A stretch of 64,000 nt of DNA from Vicugna vicugna (Eukaryota): contig MU057521.1 of the NCBI GenBank assembly GCA_013265495.1, forward strand, positions 2,058,335 through 2,122,334. The letters run 5' to 3'. The notes below the pieces were generated by a model that saw only the letters and a program-made list of their open reading frames with translations, was not told the DNA's origin and did not search any database. Shown in pieces: positions 14,301-29,300 of this stretch (its first letter is position 1; the number at the start of each line of letters is the position of its first letter). The position numbers and the translations under genes are program-made.

Positions 14301-17300
14301 GACGATGTCCTTGCTGGTTTGGTCCCAGTGCACCAAGGGCGTGAGAGCTCGTTCACTCGGCAGTGCCGGGGCACGCGGCTTCAAGGCCCAGCCATGCTCA
14401 TAAATAGCTCTGGAGTCGGGCCAGGCAGTGAGGCTGATGAGCAAGCAGTTTCTCTTCCACTTGTTTTTTGAGACAGTGACTTTACAAACTGTCTCCCACG
14501 GCCTTGCCCTCCGCTGTGCACAGAGCAGAGAAAAACACCACCAACAAATAAAAGCCAACAAGCAGTAATTAGACAGCCCACCCGAAGCCTGACGCTGACT
14601 GCTCAGACTCAGCGGCTTCTGAGGGACTATACATAACATCCCGGAATAAAGCATCACGGAAAGGAATATATGTATGTATATGGATAACTGAATCTCTTTG
14701 CTGTACACCAGAAACTAACACAATGTTGTAAATCAACTACACTTCAATTAAAAATAAAAATTGCAGCCCCCTCCCTTCCCTGCAATAAGCCAGGATTGTG
14801 GTACATAAGCTAATATAAGACAGGATGTCAAAGCAATTTTTCTCAAGTTCAGGGTCATGGCTTGAGCTTCCAAGTGGTTAAAACAGCCTTTCAGAACAGC
14901 TTTTTCCCAGCGTGGGCACAGACTGTCAGGGCTGGGAGAACCCAGCCCAGTCCCTTTCCAGGTGCTGGTGTCGTATCTACAATCATGGAGCCAAATGACT
15001 CTCTCAGCCTATGGCTGGACCCTCCAGTGGAATCCAGTAACCTAACCATGGTATCGATTTACCCAACAAACCCTCACTGAATGATTACTGTGCCCTTATG
15101 GAGCTTACAGTCTCCTGAAACTCCTGCTCAAGTAATTTGCTAAAATCTACATATACTAAAATCTGTATCATCCCATCACCCCAGCAGAAAAGGAAATGAG
15201 GTTAGTTTGGCTTCACTGTTCCTGCTAAAACAGTGCTGACTGGTAGAGACTACTTTTTCTAAAAGTGTATAAGCCAGGACTTCCCAGATCTCCCCGTCTC
15301 CTTAGCCACTGTCTGCGTCTCCTTGTCCCTGCTGATTGACCATTCTCCATCCCCAACTCCTCTGCCCCAGTCCCGTCCTGTTATCATTTTTCTCCCTTCT
15401 GTCTGGCCTCCTTCTCAATCAGAAAGACAACCCCTTGCTCAAGAACTGATTTATTATCAAAATAACCTCACCTACAGTGTGTTGTTCCTCATTATATCAA
15501 AGCAAAAAGGAGAAAGGGTTAGAGCTGTTGCCATGAAGCTCCAGAATTTAAATGTCAGCTGACTCTTGGCCCGTGGTGGGGAAAGATGGAGTTGGAGGAT
15601 GGTGGGGGGCAGGATCAGGACAAGGACCCGATACCACATTTCTGGCTATACCCCACCTCAGAAGTCTGCTTTCCAGAAAGACTGACTTTTAAAATCTCTA
15701 AAGGATGTATCTGTACCTAAAAGACTGAGTTAAAAAAAAAAAAGAAAGATAAAAATATACCAACAAAGCATTCTTTCACATTTACTTATTGTACATAAAA
15801 CCTTTCTAGGTCCTACTTTAGTTAGTGGGGCAGGGGCTCAGGTGTAGAGGAAGATTTAAGAGTTAATTACACCAAACAGAATTATCAAAAGTACTTAAGA
15901 GTCTGAGCAGGTCTAGAAGGTTTCATTCATAAACACACAAGCACCTGGGCTAAACAGACCAAATTATCCAGGTTTCAAAAACACAATGTTGTACTAAGCC
16001 TTTAAGGAAACAATGGGTTTGATGCAAGTTCTGCTATGAACAAACTAAATTTTGCTTATTGAATTTATTTCCCCCAAAACCTATTTTCCATGGTACATGT
16101 TTATGGGAGGACATTTTTAATGGAGCCCAAATACAGAGCAAAGTCAAAGAGGCTAGGAAGCCCAGACTGCTGCCTACAGTGTGAGAGTCACCCGTGTCCC
16201 TAGAAGACTTCCATCTGTCCTGGCAGCTCCCTGACTTTTCGCTCCTCTTTATTACATCTCCGTTCTGCCACACATGGAGCCAGGACACCCAGATTATACA
16301 CTTTGCCCTAAATGAGTGACTCCTGAAGCCGTTCTGCAAGACAAGACTTGGGGACAAAAAGCCCTTGTGGGCAGATCTTCCTATTTCAAGACATCCCTTC
16401 ACCCACGGGGCTTCTAAGACCAAAGTGAAGAGCTGACTCAACGTCTGACTTGAATTATAGACACTTTACAGAGGCAGACAGGGAGCCAAAAGGCAGAGCC
16501 ACAAAACCATGGGCTTTGTTACTATTTCTGTCACAAAGTGATGACGTGGCTTTGAGCAACTCGGTGGATTGACTGAAAACTGTTTTATTATTAAGAAGGT
16601 GACATAACAACTGCCTCACATAGTTCACAAAATTGTGATAAAAATAAGATAGTTATTCATAAAGGGACTTTTCAAGGTAAAAACTGCAAAAGAAATACTG
16701 GTATTCTTGTTGGAAATTTCACAGCCATAGGTGCCCTGTTGGCTAAGTATATATTACAATGACCTGTTATTGATTAAGAATATTAAGTAAGTTGATGAAA
16801 ATGATTTGTGGCTGGTTCCTTTGAAATGAGAACTGCACAGTCTATCAGTCCCCACATGGGATTCTGTCACTGACTTGAGAATGTGTCTGTCCTCCACTGT
16901 TCATCAATTATCTAGGCAGTGTGCCACTCTGTCACATGTGTCACACACCACAAGGGCTTTTCTGGGAATTTCCTAAATAAGGGGTTGGCAAGGTATGGCC
17001 TGAGGGGCAAATCGATTTTTATAAATAAAGTTTTATTGGCACACTGCTACACCTGTTCATTTAAATCTTATACATGGCTGCCTTCCTGCTATCACAAGAG
17101 ACTCGAGTCATTACAACAGGCACCATCTAGCTCTCAAAGGCTAATATTTTCTCTCTGGCTCTTTACAGAAAAGAATTTATCCAACCCTGATCTAAATTAT
17201 TATTGGGATTCTCAGATCATACTCTTACTTCTAGAAGACTGGCCACAATAAATTTTCCTCTGGGCTTTTAATGTCATGATGTAGTGTTATATTTCAGTAT

Positions 17301-20300
17301 ATACAGTTGACCCTTGACCAGTGAGGGAGTTAGGGGCACCAGTTCCCTGTGCAATTGAAAATCCATGTACAACTTTACAGGTGGCCCTCTGTACCCACAG
17401 TTCAACAACTGTGGATTCAACAAACCTCAGATCATGCAGTACTGTAGCATTTACTGAAAGAAATCCACATGGAAGCGGACCCACGCAGTTCAAACCTGCG
17501 TCATTCAAGGTCAACTGTATACAATGGAAAGAATTTTACTGTAAAGTACGTGACTTGGGACAGACAGGATGCGCTCCAAGCATCCCCGTGTGATGCAACA
17601 CACGGTCTGTTTCGCACAGCAGAGGTGGGAGGTTGTACCTGTCACAAGTGCTTCTTTCATGCTAACCCTAACCACGCCCTCCTTCCACAAAATGTTCTAT
17701 TAACTGTGAAAATAAAAAGCAGTCATATTCATCAACAGTTCTTTAAGATATTAAAATGTAAGTATCAGGAGAGACAAATGATATTTCCAGGCCAGCCCTC
17801 TCATTTGACAGATGAGGAAGCCGAGATCGAGCTCAATGATTTGTCTAAAATCATTGTGAGCGCTATCACAGTAGCTGATTTAAGCTCTACCCTCAAGCAA
17901 ATGCTGGCTTTATTAGTCAGCCATAGAGGACACATCTTTTTGGTAAAGGAATGTGTTTAAAGCATGCTAAAGAGTAAAATACCTGGTTCCCCGTATGCAT
18001 AGTCACACAGTAGGAGGCCAACACAGGCACACCCCATTTTGTTGTGCCTTGCTTTACTGTGGTTATTAAATATTGCATTTCTTTTTAACAAATCGAAGGT
18101 TCGTGGCAGCCTGTACTGAGCAAATCTATAGGCACCATTTTCCCAACAGCATTTGCTCACTTCATGTTTCTGTGTTACATTTTGGTAATTCTCCCAGTAT
18201 TTCAAAGTTTTTTATTATTACTCTGCTTGTTATGGTGATCTGCGATCAGTGATCTTTAATGTTACTACTAAGATTCTCTGAAGGCTCAAATGACGGCTAA
18301 CATTTTTTAGTAGTAAAATGTATTTTTAAAAATTTTGGGGGGGAGATAATTAGGTTTGTTTGTTTGCTTATTCTTTATTTTAATGGAGGTATTGGGGATT
18401 GAACCCAGGATCTCGTGCATGCTAAGCACGTGCTCAACCACTGAGCTATACCCTCCCCCTCAGCAAGAAAGCATTTTTAAATTAAGGTATATACATTATT
18501 TATTTAAGACACAATGCTATTGCATGCTTATTAGATCACTGCATAGTGTAAACATAACTTTTCTATGCACTGGGAAACCAAAAAATTCGTATGACTCGCT
18601 TTATTGCAATATTCACTTTACTGCAGTGGTTCTAGAACCAAACCTGCAGTATCTCTGAGGTCTGCCTGTAATACTATGAAGACATTAGTAGCATTAATTT
18701 TATATTAAATTAAGGAAGCAAAAACCTCACAACCCTTTTGCTTCGGTCATACCTATAACCTTTATGAAATGAGAACATGTTAACTACAAAATTCAAGGGT
18801 TGAGCCAATTCACTGATGTCCAATCTATAAATCTCTACTTTAACACGACCACGTGTGTCAAGAAGCTACAAATGGAAGGGGCACATCTATTGCTGAGCTG
18901 AGAGGAGTAAACAGAAAACTGAATACACAATCTTACCTCCATCTGCAAAGCTTCCGCCAGCCCCCGGATGGCAAACTTGGACGAAGAGTAGGCAGTGAAA
19001 CCGAACAACCCCAGCTGTCCCGCCTGGGAGGACACGAAGACGATCCTGCCCACCCGGCGCTCCTTCATGGTGGTGATCACCGCTCGGCTGGGGTACACGC
19101 TGCCCAGGTAGTTGACGCTCATTAGTCTCTGTAGGGAACAAAGAGGCCCCGGGAGTGAGCGAGATCAGCGCCCCCAGGCTGCCCTCCAGGGCACTCTGCC
19201 TGCTCTCCCAGTTTGAGTTCCTCAGTAGGGCCCAAGTGAACGGACCTGCTGAACCAACAAAGCATCAAATAATGATCCCGGAAGTGACCGTGCCACAGTG
19301 ACCGCAGGACCCACCCCAGGAAGCCTATTTCAATCTAGTCTTCTGTTCCTACAATGACAGCACTTAAGTCTTGGCTGAAGACTGGTCAAAATTTGTTCTC
19401 TCCTTTATACAAAGTACACTGTGTGTTGCAGGTAATGCTTTTTGAGAGACAGTTGGAGGAAAGAGCTTCTGAATATTTCCAGCCCTACCAGTTCTAAGTG
19501 ACAGAAAGACCACAAGGAGACTAGGACAGTGGTTAACAGCACGGACTGTGGTGTGAAATCTGGGCTCTGCCACTGACTCCTGTTGGATGCTGAACAAGAA
19601 AGTCAGACACTCTACTTCCTCAGTGAAAACAGAGTTCACACTGATATCATCGCACGGGGCCGGCGGCAAGGACTGAAAGAGGAAACACGAGGTCCGGCAC
19701 AGCCCCGACCCACAGTGAGCACTCAGCAAATGTCGGCTCTTATATCACGATGAGTAAGAACTTACGTAGGTACCAAGATTAATCTCCCCGCATCCTGGGA
19801 ACTCTTAAAGACCTTACATTTTCAATCTCAAAATTTAAGAATACCGCATTACAACGTTTCTATATTAAAAATCTTGTAAAAATACTAGATTGGCCACCAT
19901 GTGAAACCAAACACTTCATTGGGAAACCTTGAGTCCATCACGAAATGTTAACCCAACAGAACATTAAGTAACTTTTAGAAATGATGCTCAGAAACACCAG
20001 GAGGACAGGGGAAATATTTATAAGTTTAAAAAAAGCTGAGAGCACACAGTATTCACACTGCGACGGCAACTATTTCGATTAATTAATTAAATAAAAGTAC
20101 ACGTGCCCAGGTGCAAAATCGAGGAAATGCAGAAAGCTGTAAGTGACAGTGTTAAGATTCTGGGATTCCCATGTTTCCCCCAAAATGTTTTTTCATATCA
20201 TTATATTGGTCTGATAATAAAAAAATGCTCTTAAAAAGTGATTGGAGAAAAGGGCCATACTGAACCCATGTGCTGACCTCAGTTCCCCTTCAGAGACCTC

Positions 20301-23300
20301 ACAAAAATCTCAGTAAGGGGATTTTTTTCAAGGCAAAAAGCCCCGTGAGCAAAGAGAGTAGCAGCAGTGACATTTTGGAAGTTGAAGAGCAGAATGAATG
20401 AGAACTCACCTGGCAGAAAGCTGAATGCGGGGTGAGGAGCAGAGAAACTAAAAGGACCAGAGACCCCCCCCTAAAAGGCCCAAGCAGCACCAAGTGCCTT
20501 GGGGGGCAGAAGGGCGGGCAGGGGCCGGGTGACAGGGCTGTTGGCCGAGAGTCTGCTTAGGAAAGTCAGATGGACAAATCCACCATCCCAATCAGATTTC
20601 AACACTCCTCTTTCAATGACTGACAGAACGAGGGGACATGAAATCAGTACAGATGTAGGAGACTCGGGCAATGTTACCAGCCAACTGGACCTAATGAACA
20701 CTGACAGAACGTCCACCCAAAACAGCAGAATACAGGTGGCCCCCGGTGTCCATGGACAATTGGTTCCAGGACGCCTGCCGATACCAGAATCTGCAAATGC
20801 TCAGTGCCTTGTATAAAGCGGGACAGTCCAGCCAGCTGTCTGTGTCTGCGGACGGGGGCGTCAACACTCTTTTCAAGTGCACGTGGAATGGCTCTCAGAT
20901 CAACCAGATTCTGGGCTATAAAACAAGTCTTGATAAATTTAGAAGGATTCGACGCATGCAAAGTATGTTTCCTGACCAGAATGGAATTAAATTGGAAATC
21001 AAAAGGAGAAAGATTTCTGGGAAATCTCTCCAATATTTAAAAACTAAGTAACACACTTCTAAATAACCCAAGGGTCAAAGTGAAAATGATAAGAGAAACT
21101 GTAAAATATCTTTAACTGAATGAAAGTAAAAACAGCTTATCAAAATTCGTGGGATGCTGCTAACACAGGACTTGGGTGGAAATCCATAGCACTAAGTATC
21201 TGTATTAGAAAAAAGGAAAGAGGTTTCAAATCGATGACCTCGCCTTCCACCTAAAGAAACTATAGAAAGAGCAAATCAAAACAAAAGTAAGCAGAAAAAA
21301 AGGAAATAATAAAAATAAGAGAGGAAATAAAATAGAAGACAGAAAAACAATAGAAAAGTCAGTAAAACCAAAAGCTGGTTACTGAGAAGATCAATAAAAC
21401 TGATAAACCTCTAGTCATATTGATCAGAAAAGAGAAAGGACACAAATTCTCGATACCAAGAATGAGAAAGGAGACATCACTACAAACTCTATGGGTATTA
21501 ATAATAAGGGAATATGATGAGTAACTGTTGTCAATAAATTCAATGATATAGATGAAATGGACAGATTCCATCAAAGACATGAGCTACCAAAGGTCACTGC
21601 AAAAGAAATAGATGAGAAGATACAGATGTAGCCCTAGATCTATTAACGAAATTAAAGTTAGAAATCTTTCCACAAAGAAAACCTCAGTCTTCACTGGTAA
21701 ATTCTCCTAAACATCTAAGGAGGAATAATATCAATTCTACACAGATTCTGCTAGAAAAATGAAAAAATATAACCCTACTCACGCTATGAGGCCACCATCC
21801 TCCTTACACAAAACCAGAAAATAAAATTACAATAACACTACAGCTAATATCCCTCAGGAACCCAGAAAGGATCATGCACCGTAACCAAGCAGGGTTTATC
21901 CCAGGAAAGCAAGGTTGGAAATACATGGAAATTAATCAATGTAATTCACCATTTTAACAAACTGAAAAAGAACTAGGATCATCCCAACAGGTGCAGAAAA
22001 AGCACCTAATAAAATGCAACATTCATTCTGTATAAAAACTCTCAGCAAACTAGGAACAGACGGGAACCTTCTCAACTCGATAAAAGGTACCTACAAAAAA
22101 ACAAAAACAAAAAACTACAGCTAACATCATACTTAATAGTAAAAGACAGTGCTTTCTCCCTAACGTCAAGAACAAGACAAGATTGTCTGCTTTCAGCACT
22201 TTTGTTCGATCTGGTGCTGGAAATTCCAGCCAATGCAGTTCCAGATGGGAATGGAACAGGTGAAACTTGCAGACGACATGATCTTGGATGCAGGCTGTCC
22301 AGGGAGCATTAGAATTAATAGCTGAGCTCAGCAACACTGCATGCTCAATACACAAAAATCAATTGTATTTTTCTGTATTAGCAACAAACACTCAGAAACT
22401 GGAATGAAAACACTCATTTGCTCTAGCATCAAAAAAATATGAAATCCTGAAAAACAATATTCAAGACCCAGACACTGAAAATTACAAAACACTGCTAAGA
22501 GAAATTAAAGAAAATGTTAACTAAACAAATGGAGCTATATATTATGTTATATGAGTTAGAAGACTCAACGTTGTTCAGATGTCAGTTCTCCCCAAATGGA
22601 TCTACAGCATCAGTGTAACCCCAAACAAAATCCCAAGAAAACTACTGAAAGGGAACATTAAGAGAAGTGAGTTGGAATTCCCAAAGACCACCTCCGTTCT
22701 GGTGACTCTGGTGACACAGTGGTGCCCATGACTAAGACGTATGACAGCAAAAGGACACAAAGCAAAAGGCAGGGCAGAAGGCAGGCCGGCCTGAGTGCAG
22801 AAGAAACCAGGAGCACGTTTCCACGCATCCTCTGCCGTGGGGGCCACACGGGACATGCTTAAACCCCCCAGCAATGAGCAGTGCCCAGGCCAAGTACTAT
22901 GTCTGGCAATTTCTGTGCAGGTAAACTTCAGTAAAATTAAAAAAATAAAATAAAAAAATAAACCAAAAACTGTCACTGAGATAGAATTCATTTTAAATAA
23001 AAAGGAACTCTTATCTTCAGAAAATGCATCGATTGTAGTGGCAGGTGTCCTAACAGGGCACAGTGGTGATGAGCCCACACCTGGGCTCGACCAGAACAAG
23101 GCAAGTGGGCAGAGCGAGAGAGGAGAGAGCCCCCGGGCACAGAATGGCCTTGGAAGGTGACACTCCCCGGGGAATGGTGGCCTCCTGCCTCGACTCAGGG
23201 CAGCCAGGGCCAAGGGGCGACCAACAGAGCAGGTGGGGCCCACAGCAGGTAGCACCTGGGATGAGGCCATGGCACTGGAATAGAGCAGCAGGTTTGGGGT

Positions 23301-26300
23301 TAACCATCCTTTTGTTTAAAGGCCAGTCCTCTTGGGGGTGGGGCCCCTTCGAACGCCCCCTATCAGGGGCTTAAGCCCCTGCCCTGTGCTGACCTCTGTC
23401 CTCACAACCTCACTTCACTGTGACCCACGACTGCATCTCCAACCACTCCCCAGCATCACCATCTCCCGCCTTAACTATCGTGACAGCTCCTAAGTCTTCT
23501 GCCGCGCAGGCAGAAGGATGCTCTAAAACCGCGACGTACATCACACCACTCTCTGGCCTGGCCTAAACCCCTTCAAAGGTGTTGAGCTAAAATCTAAGCT
23601 GCTCCCCATGGCCCTCGAGGCCCTGGCCAGATCCAGCCCTGGCCCCACCCCACCCATCTCTCAGGAAGCTCCTGCTGGGCCCCAGCTGAGTTCCTGGAGT
23701 TTCCCCAGCTCTTTCCAACCTGGGGCCCCTGCGGCTACCAGTCCCTCTGCCTGGGCTCTCCTCCCGGGTCTCTCTGCCTCCCCTTTTCCTTTCCTTGTTT
23801 CCTTTTCTCACAGCGCTTAGCACATCTGCAGTCAGACTGAGGACCTGCTGGCTCCTGCATGGTCCGTCCCTCCCCCTACCAGGGCCAAGCCTTTGCTCTC
23901 TTGCTCACCACGGCATCCCCCTGGGCCCTAGAACGATGCTTGACCCACTAGAAGTTTTCTCAATACTTATGGGTTGAATGAATAAAAAGGGCAGGACATT
24001 ACTATTTACTACCATGGGATGCGCATTGTGAGTCCGTTTTGCTACTTAATCCTCTCAACCCTGGGAGCCATCTGTCTGGTTTACAGAGACGGACGTCTAG
24101 AACATAAGAAAAGCTGAGGCCAAAGAAAAAAGAACAATTGCCTGAGATCACAGCTAGTAAACTGTCAGACCTGAAACCACTGGAGCGAAGATTTAAAACT
24201 GCTTTAGTCTGAGGCCAAAGCCCACCCTTCCTTCCTACTGTCCCATGCTGCTGGGGACAGAGCTATAAATGTTCTATGTAGCGGGGTAAACGTGTAGAAA
24301 AGACACTGGTGGTGGTGGAAAAGAAATCAATTGTCATTTTTTTAAACAAAAGAGAGAAAGAGAGAGAGAAGGAAGTAAATAGTGTGAATGGGAGATTGAA
24401 AGTTGAGAATAAAGTGAGTTTTTTTAAAAGATCAGATTTGTGCATTTTTTTAACATTTCAACATGCTTCATATTCTATACATGTATTTTACCTCTTCCTT
24501 CATCTCACCTGCTTCCCGTCTTCTCCGTGTCACTGATACCCACACACAGTCACCTGGTCGTGCACACTCAGTTCCTTCTGTCCTCGCTCACAGTCACAAG
24601 TCCCCACAAATCATTCACTCAATTATCTTCGTGCTTCCATCAGACACACAGATGTCAACAGTCCCTACCTGCTCTGCCCCTGGACGTGCCCCGCTTCCCA
24701 AGGTCCTTGCTCTACAACTGTGCACTTATTTATCACAACTGTGCAACGACCTACATATCTCGGTCCTCTGCCCTGCACCGTCGGTCAAGGTGAGTCTGCT
24801 GATTCTCCCTCCAGATCCTCTCTCTCTCTCACACACACACACACTCTCCTCTTCTGCTGGCCACCTCTAAAGTCTTTCATCTCATCATTTCATGCCTAGA
24901 CTATTACAACTATTCCCCCGACTGAGTCTTTGCATAGCTGTTGAGATAACTGTCAAAATCTCCCTCTCATTACTTAGAGATAAACGCATACCGGTCAAGA
25001 CAACTCCCTTTTGTGCCTGGTTGATAAAGGAGCCTGAGGACACAAGAGTCCCAGCTAAGGCTTCACTCTGCTACTATCTACATCCGGACTCGCCTAACTC
25101 GACTTTAAATCAGAGTTTACGGTCCTTTTCCCACAGTCCACTAGAAGCGAGACGTCCGAACGGCCGCTCCAGCACTCTCCCCTTCTCTAAAAGGGAATGC
25201 AAACTAACTTCACAGAGTAAAGCACCCAGAATCCACGGCCACGATGAAGGCTCTCTAGGCCAGTAAGAAAGAGATGGCTGATGCAATGTTGGGCACTTAA
25301 GAAAGATCTTCAAACCAGACGTGCATAGCTTTGGCAATCCTTTTTAAACATATCAACCTAAATATGATGCATGATCTTTTTATCTTGGCTTGAGAGCACT
25401 AGAGTCTGCTCTTCAACTTTTTTGGTGTTTCATTGTTAAAATGAAATCATTTTTTTGGTGTTTCATTGTTAAAAATACTGATACTTGACATGAAAATCTA
25501 GCATCTCTAGCTCTTGGTTTACAAAGAGCTCTCCTGACGGTATGACCTCTGTGGATCAACGCAGTCATCTGTGTCAGATTGGAGGTTTCATTCCCATTTT
25601 GTATCTGAGGAAACCAAGGTCCAGAGACTCACCTTAACTTTTCAGGTTGGATGGTGCTGGGACAAAAACCTTGTCCAGCCTTCCTCTAGTCTTCCAAGCC
25701 TTCTGTGAAACCTGAATACATTTCATCTATTTCATTCGTAAAGCCTTTAGCCATGAACTGGTCCCACTTTTACTATCTGGCCTACCCCAATGAGGAAAAA
25801 ACACATTTTTACTTACTTCAAATGCACTAACTTCAAGGTCTTCAAATTTTCCTGAAACTGCCATTCCTGCACAGTTGACAAGCATGTCCACTGGGCCCAG
25901 TTTCTCCTGTGCCTGGAAAAATTTATCAGAGCAATTATCAGGAAAGAGAAAGAAGAATCACTTAGCAAATCAATGCCAATAAAGAAAACCCATAAAACTG
26001 TTATCCATTAAGAAATCCATAAAACCTATCGGGAAGCTTTGCCACCGCCGAGCCACACACCAAAATGGCAAGAACCAATCGAGAGGCAAGTGAATCAATT
26101 CCAATTAACCCAACCTCTTACTTGTTTTATGACGTTCTCTACTTGGCTATAGTCTTGAGATACATCAACCGATATACAAAGCACCACCTGTTAGAAAGAG
26201 AAAAAAAAACCATCTTTAAAAGAATTCTTTTTAACTAAAGGCAATTCTTTCCAATAGATAAGGAGTCCAAGTTTGGATGTACAGATTGCAGGGTTTGAAA

Positions 26301-29300
26301 TCTACTGATAATGTAATTAGTAGAGCCAAATTTCGGGGGTGGTTTTTGCAGAAGTCTTTTGAGCAAACTCAAAAGAATGTTTTAAGAAGTGCTGGTCAAG
26401 GGGAACAGAATTTCAGGTAGCAGATGAGTAAGTTCTGGGGAGCCAGCGTCCAGCATGGTGACTACGGTTATGAAACTGTACAGTATACGTGAATATGCTG
26501 AGAGAGCAAACCTGCAAGTGTTTTCACCACACACACACACAAATGACAACTACATGAGGGGATGGATGCATCAATCAGCTTGATCATGGTCATCATGTCA
26601 CAGTGTAAATGTACTTCAGCCATCCTGTGGTATACCTAAATACATAGCTTTTATTGGTCAATTATGCCTCAATAAAGCCAGATGCGGAAAAGAAATGTAA
26701 AAATGCTCCTCTTAAAATGCAGCAAGACTCCAGTGACAGAACACGTGCAGCCGGGAGGGGAGGGAGACATGGAGCTCAGGGGAAGGTGGGCAAACTTGGG
26801 GGGGATGGAATATTCTGTACCTGGATTTCAGTGCTAAATACATCGCTCAAAACCCATGAACCTGAACACTTTAAATTGCTGTGGTTGGCTGTATGTAAAT
26901 TCTTATCTCAATAAAGTTGTCCAAAAATAATAATAAACTTAATAAATGTATTTTTTAAAAATATTCCCCTTGGCGCAGTACCAGAGTGATGACTGCCCTC
27001 GTGGGATTCAATATTGGTAGGTGGAATAAAGAGATAAGCCAACAGCCCCTGCTCCCAGGAGCCACCTTAGTTCAGCCGGACTTGGCGGCTAAGCCAGGTG
27101 GCCTCACTTTACAAGGCCAAGGGTGGATCCCGGCCTGTGGTTGCTGCGGGGAAGTCAAGTCACATTTGGTTCACTCTGAGGTCTGCTTGAGACCCCCGAC
27201 TCCAGACTGACCGGCCACTCACAGATTCCAGATGAGCCAAGCTGACCCTGAGCCCACCCAGTACAATGCTTAGGGTGCAGCAGAGAAGGAGGTGGCAAGA
27301 GCTCAGGCATTTGGTCTTCGAAAAGGGAGGGAGGGAAGAAGGAAGGGAGGAAGGGGGGGAGAAAGCATGCATCAGTGCTTACTTGGATAGAAATTCACGA
27401 AATGAAACTTAAGAACACTCATAGGGACACACAGAGCTGTTCTTTTAATTTTCCTTTCAGGGTAATGTTTTCAAAGCAGAGCTTAGGTCTCTGACATAGG
27501 AATGTTCTATGTTCCGACGGAAGTCACTGAGAGGAGCAGAGATATCCTCAGTTTCTCCATCTTTCCATGAACTCCTCCCTGTTGAGACTGGCCGCCGCCA
27601 AGCTAAGGTGCAGACGGAGCGTGTGTGCACGGAAGGGCACACACACACCAACATGCGCCCAGGTGTAGTTGTGGGTCCAAGGTGGTGTGACATGGTGGAA
27701 AGAACAGGCCCTGGCCTTGGGAAGCCTGGGTTCCAAACCTGTCCCTTCACAAACTCACCGAGCAGAACCCGAGAAGTTGGCAGTGACCTCGCTGGTACAA
27801 CAATAACAGTGTCAGAAGCCAGTGATGACCAAGACCCCTTCCGGCTCTGAGAAGCCACACGACGTGAGGAATGAGGCCCAAGCGTTGCATAAAAAGAGAC
27901 CCACTGCCTTGGGATTTGACACATCAGGCAGTAAGTTGTATTTAATGCGGGAAGGAATCCCACCCCAATGGTCTAAATTCCTAAGAAAAGCAAACAGCCC
28001 CCTTTGCAAGACGCAAACTAGAGTGTTCCAGACTAGAGCAGTTGTACTGGAATTATATCCCATCACACAGAAAACATTTTCAAAACGGAAGGACTCATAC
28101 AATTCATTTACTTCTTTTTTTAACTTTCTGGGGGGAGAGAATGTAATTAGGTTTATTTATTTATTTATTTATTTAAGAATTTTTAATGGAGATACTGGGG
28201 ATTGAACCCAAGACCTTATGCATGCTAGTCATGTACTCTACCACTGAGCTATGTCCTCTCCATCCCCAGTACTCCTTTTATAAATCAATCAATCAATCAG
28301 TCTATCTATCTAATTATCACCCTCCTCAAAAAAAAATTTTTTTTAATAAATAAATAAAACCCACCAGAAAGGCAAAAATTAGAAAGTCTGCCAAGACCAA
28401 GTGTTGGCAAGGATGTGGGGCATCAGGACTCACTGGGCACTACTGGTGGGAGTACAACAACTTTGGTGATGCAAACACTCAACTCCATTTCTAGGTACAC
28501 TCCATCCCTGCACATGTGCACAAAGAGATCAACTTTAGCAATAGAAAGAAGCAAACCAAAAAAACAAAAAAACTGGAAACAACCTAAATATCCACCAATA
28601 GTAGAACTGTTAAATGAAAGGTGGTCTTTACATACAAGAGAACACTAGACAGCAGTTAAAAAAAATTGAATGAACTATTTATTCCTTTACGGAGAGGAAT
28701 TTTTAAAAGCTATTGAGCTGCACGAGAATACACAAAGAATGATGTCATACAAATCTAGGGAGAGAAAGCAGGTCAGTGATCGCCTAGGGCTGCAAGGGAC
28801 TGGATGGGAATGAGGAGTGACTGTTAATGAACATGGACATTCTTTTCAGGATGGTGGATGCATTCTAAAATTGATTCTGGTGATAACTGTGCAACTCTGT
28901 GGCTATACTAAAAACCACAGAATTGTACACCTTAAATCAGTGAATTATTTGGTATGTGAATTATATCTCAATAAAGCTGTCCAAAAAATAAGAATGATGC
29001 CATAAAGTTCAAAAAGCAGCAGAAGTAAACACTGCTGTATTTCTGGTCACAGGCGTCTATAGTCAAATTATTCAAAAGAACCAATGGAAGAAGTAACATA
29101 AAAATCAGGTTGGGGGTTGCCTCTAGGAATGAGACAGGAGGAGGAGGCTGACGTGGCCTCACAAAGGAGGCTTCAGGGGTCCTGGTAAATTCCATTTCTT
29201 AAGCTAGGTGATGATTATTAATTCACTATGTTTTATACTGAAATATATATTGTATTTATAGGGGTGGGGGGTACAGCTCAGTGGTAGAGCACTTGCTCGG

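Noticed and set aside
14019..14708. 229-aa minus-strand ORF in KDSR intron 6
   Set aside because: It begins at a non-ATG codon inside an antisense L1 tail and has no recognisable homology.
22602..23270. 222-aa minus-strand ORF in KDSR intron 5
   Set aside because: It spans LTR and L1 remnants and a poly-T tract; composition is that of a chance ORF.
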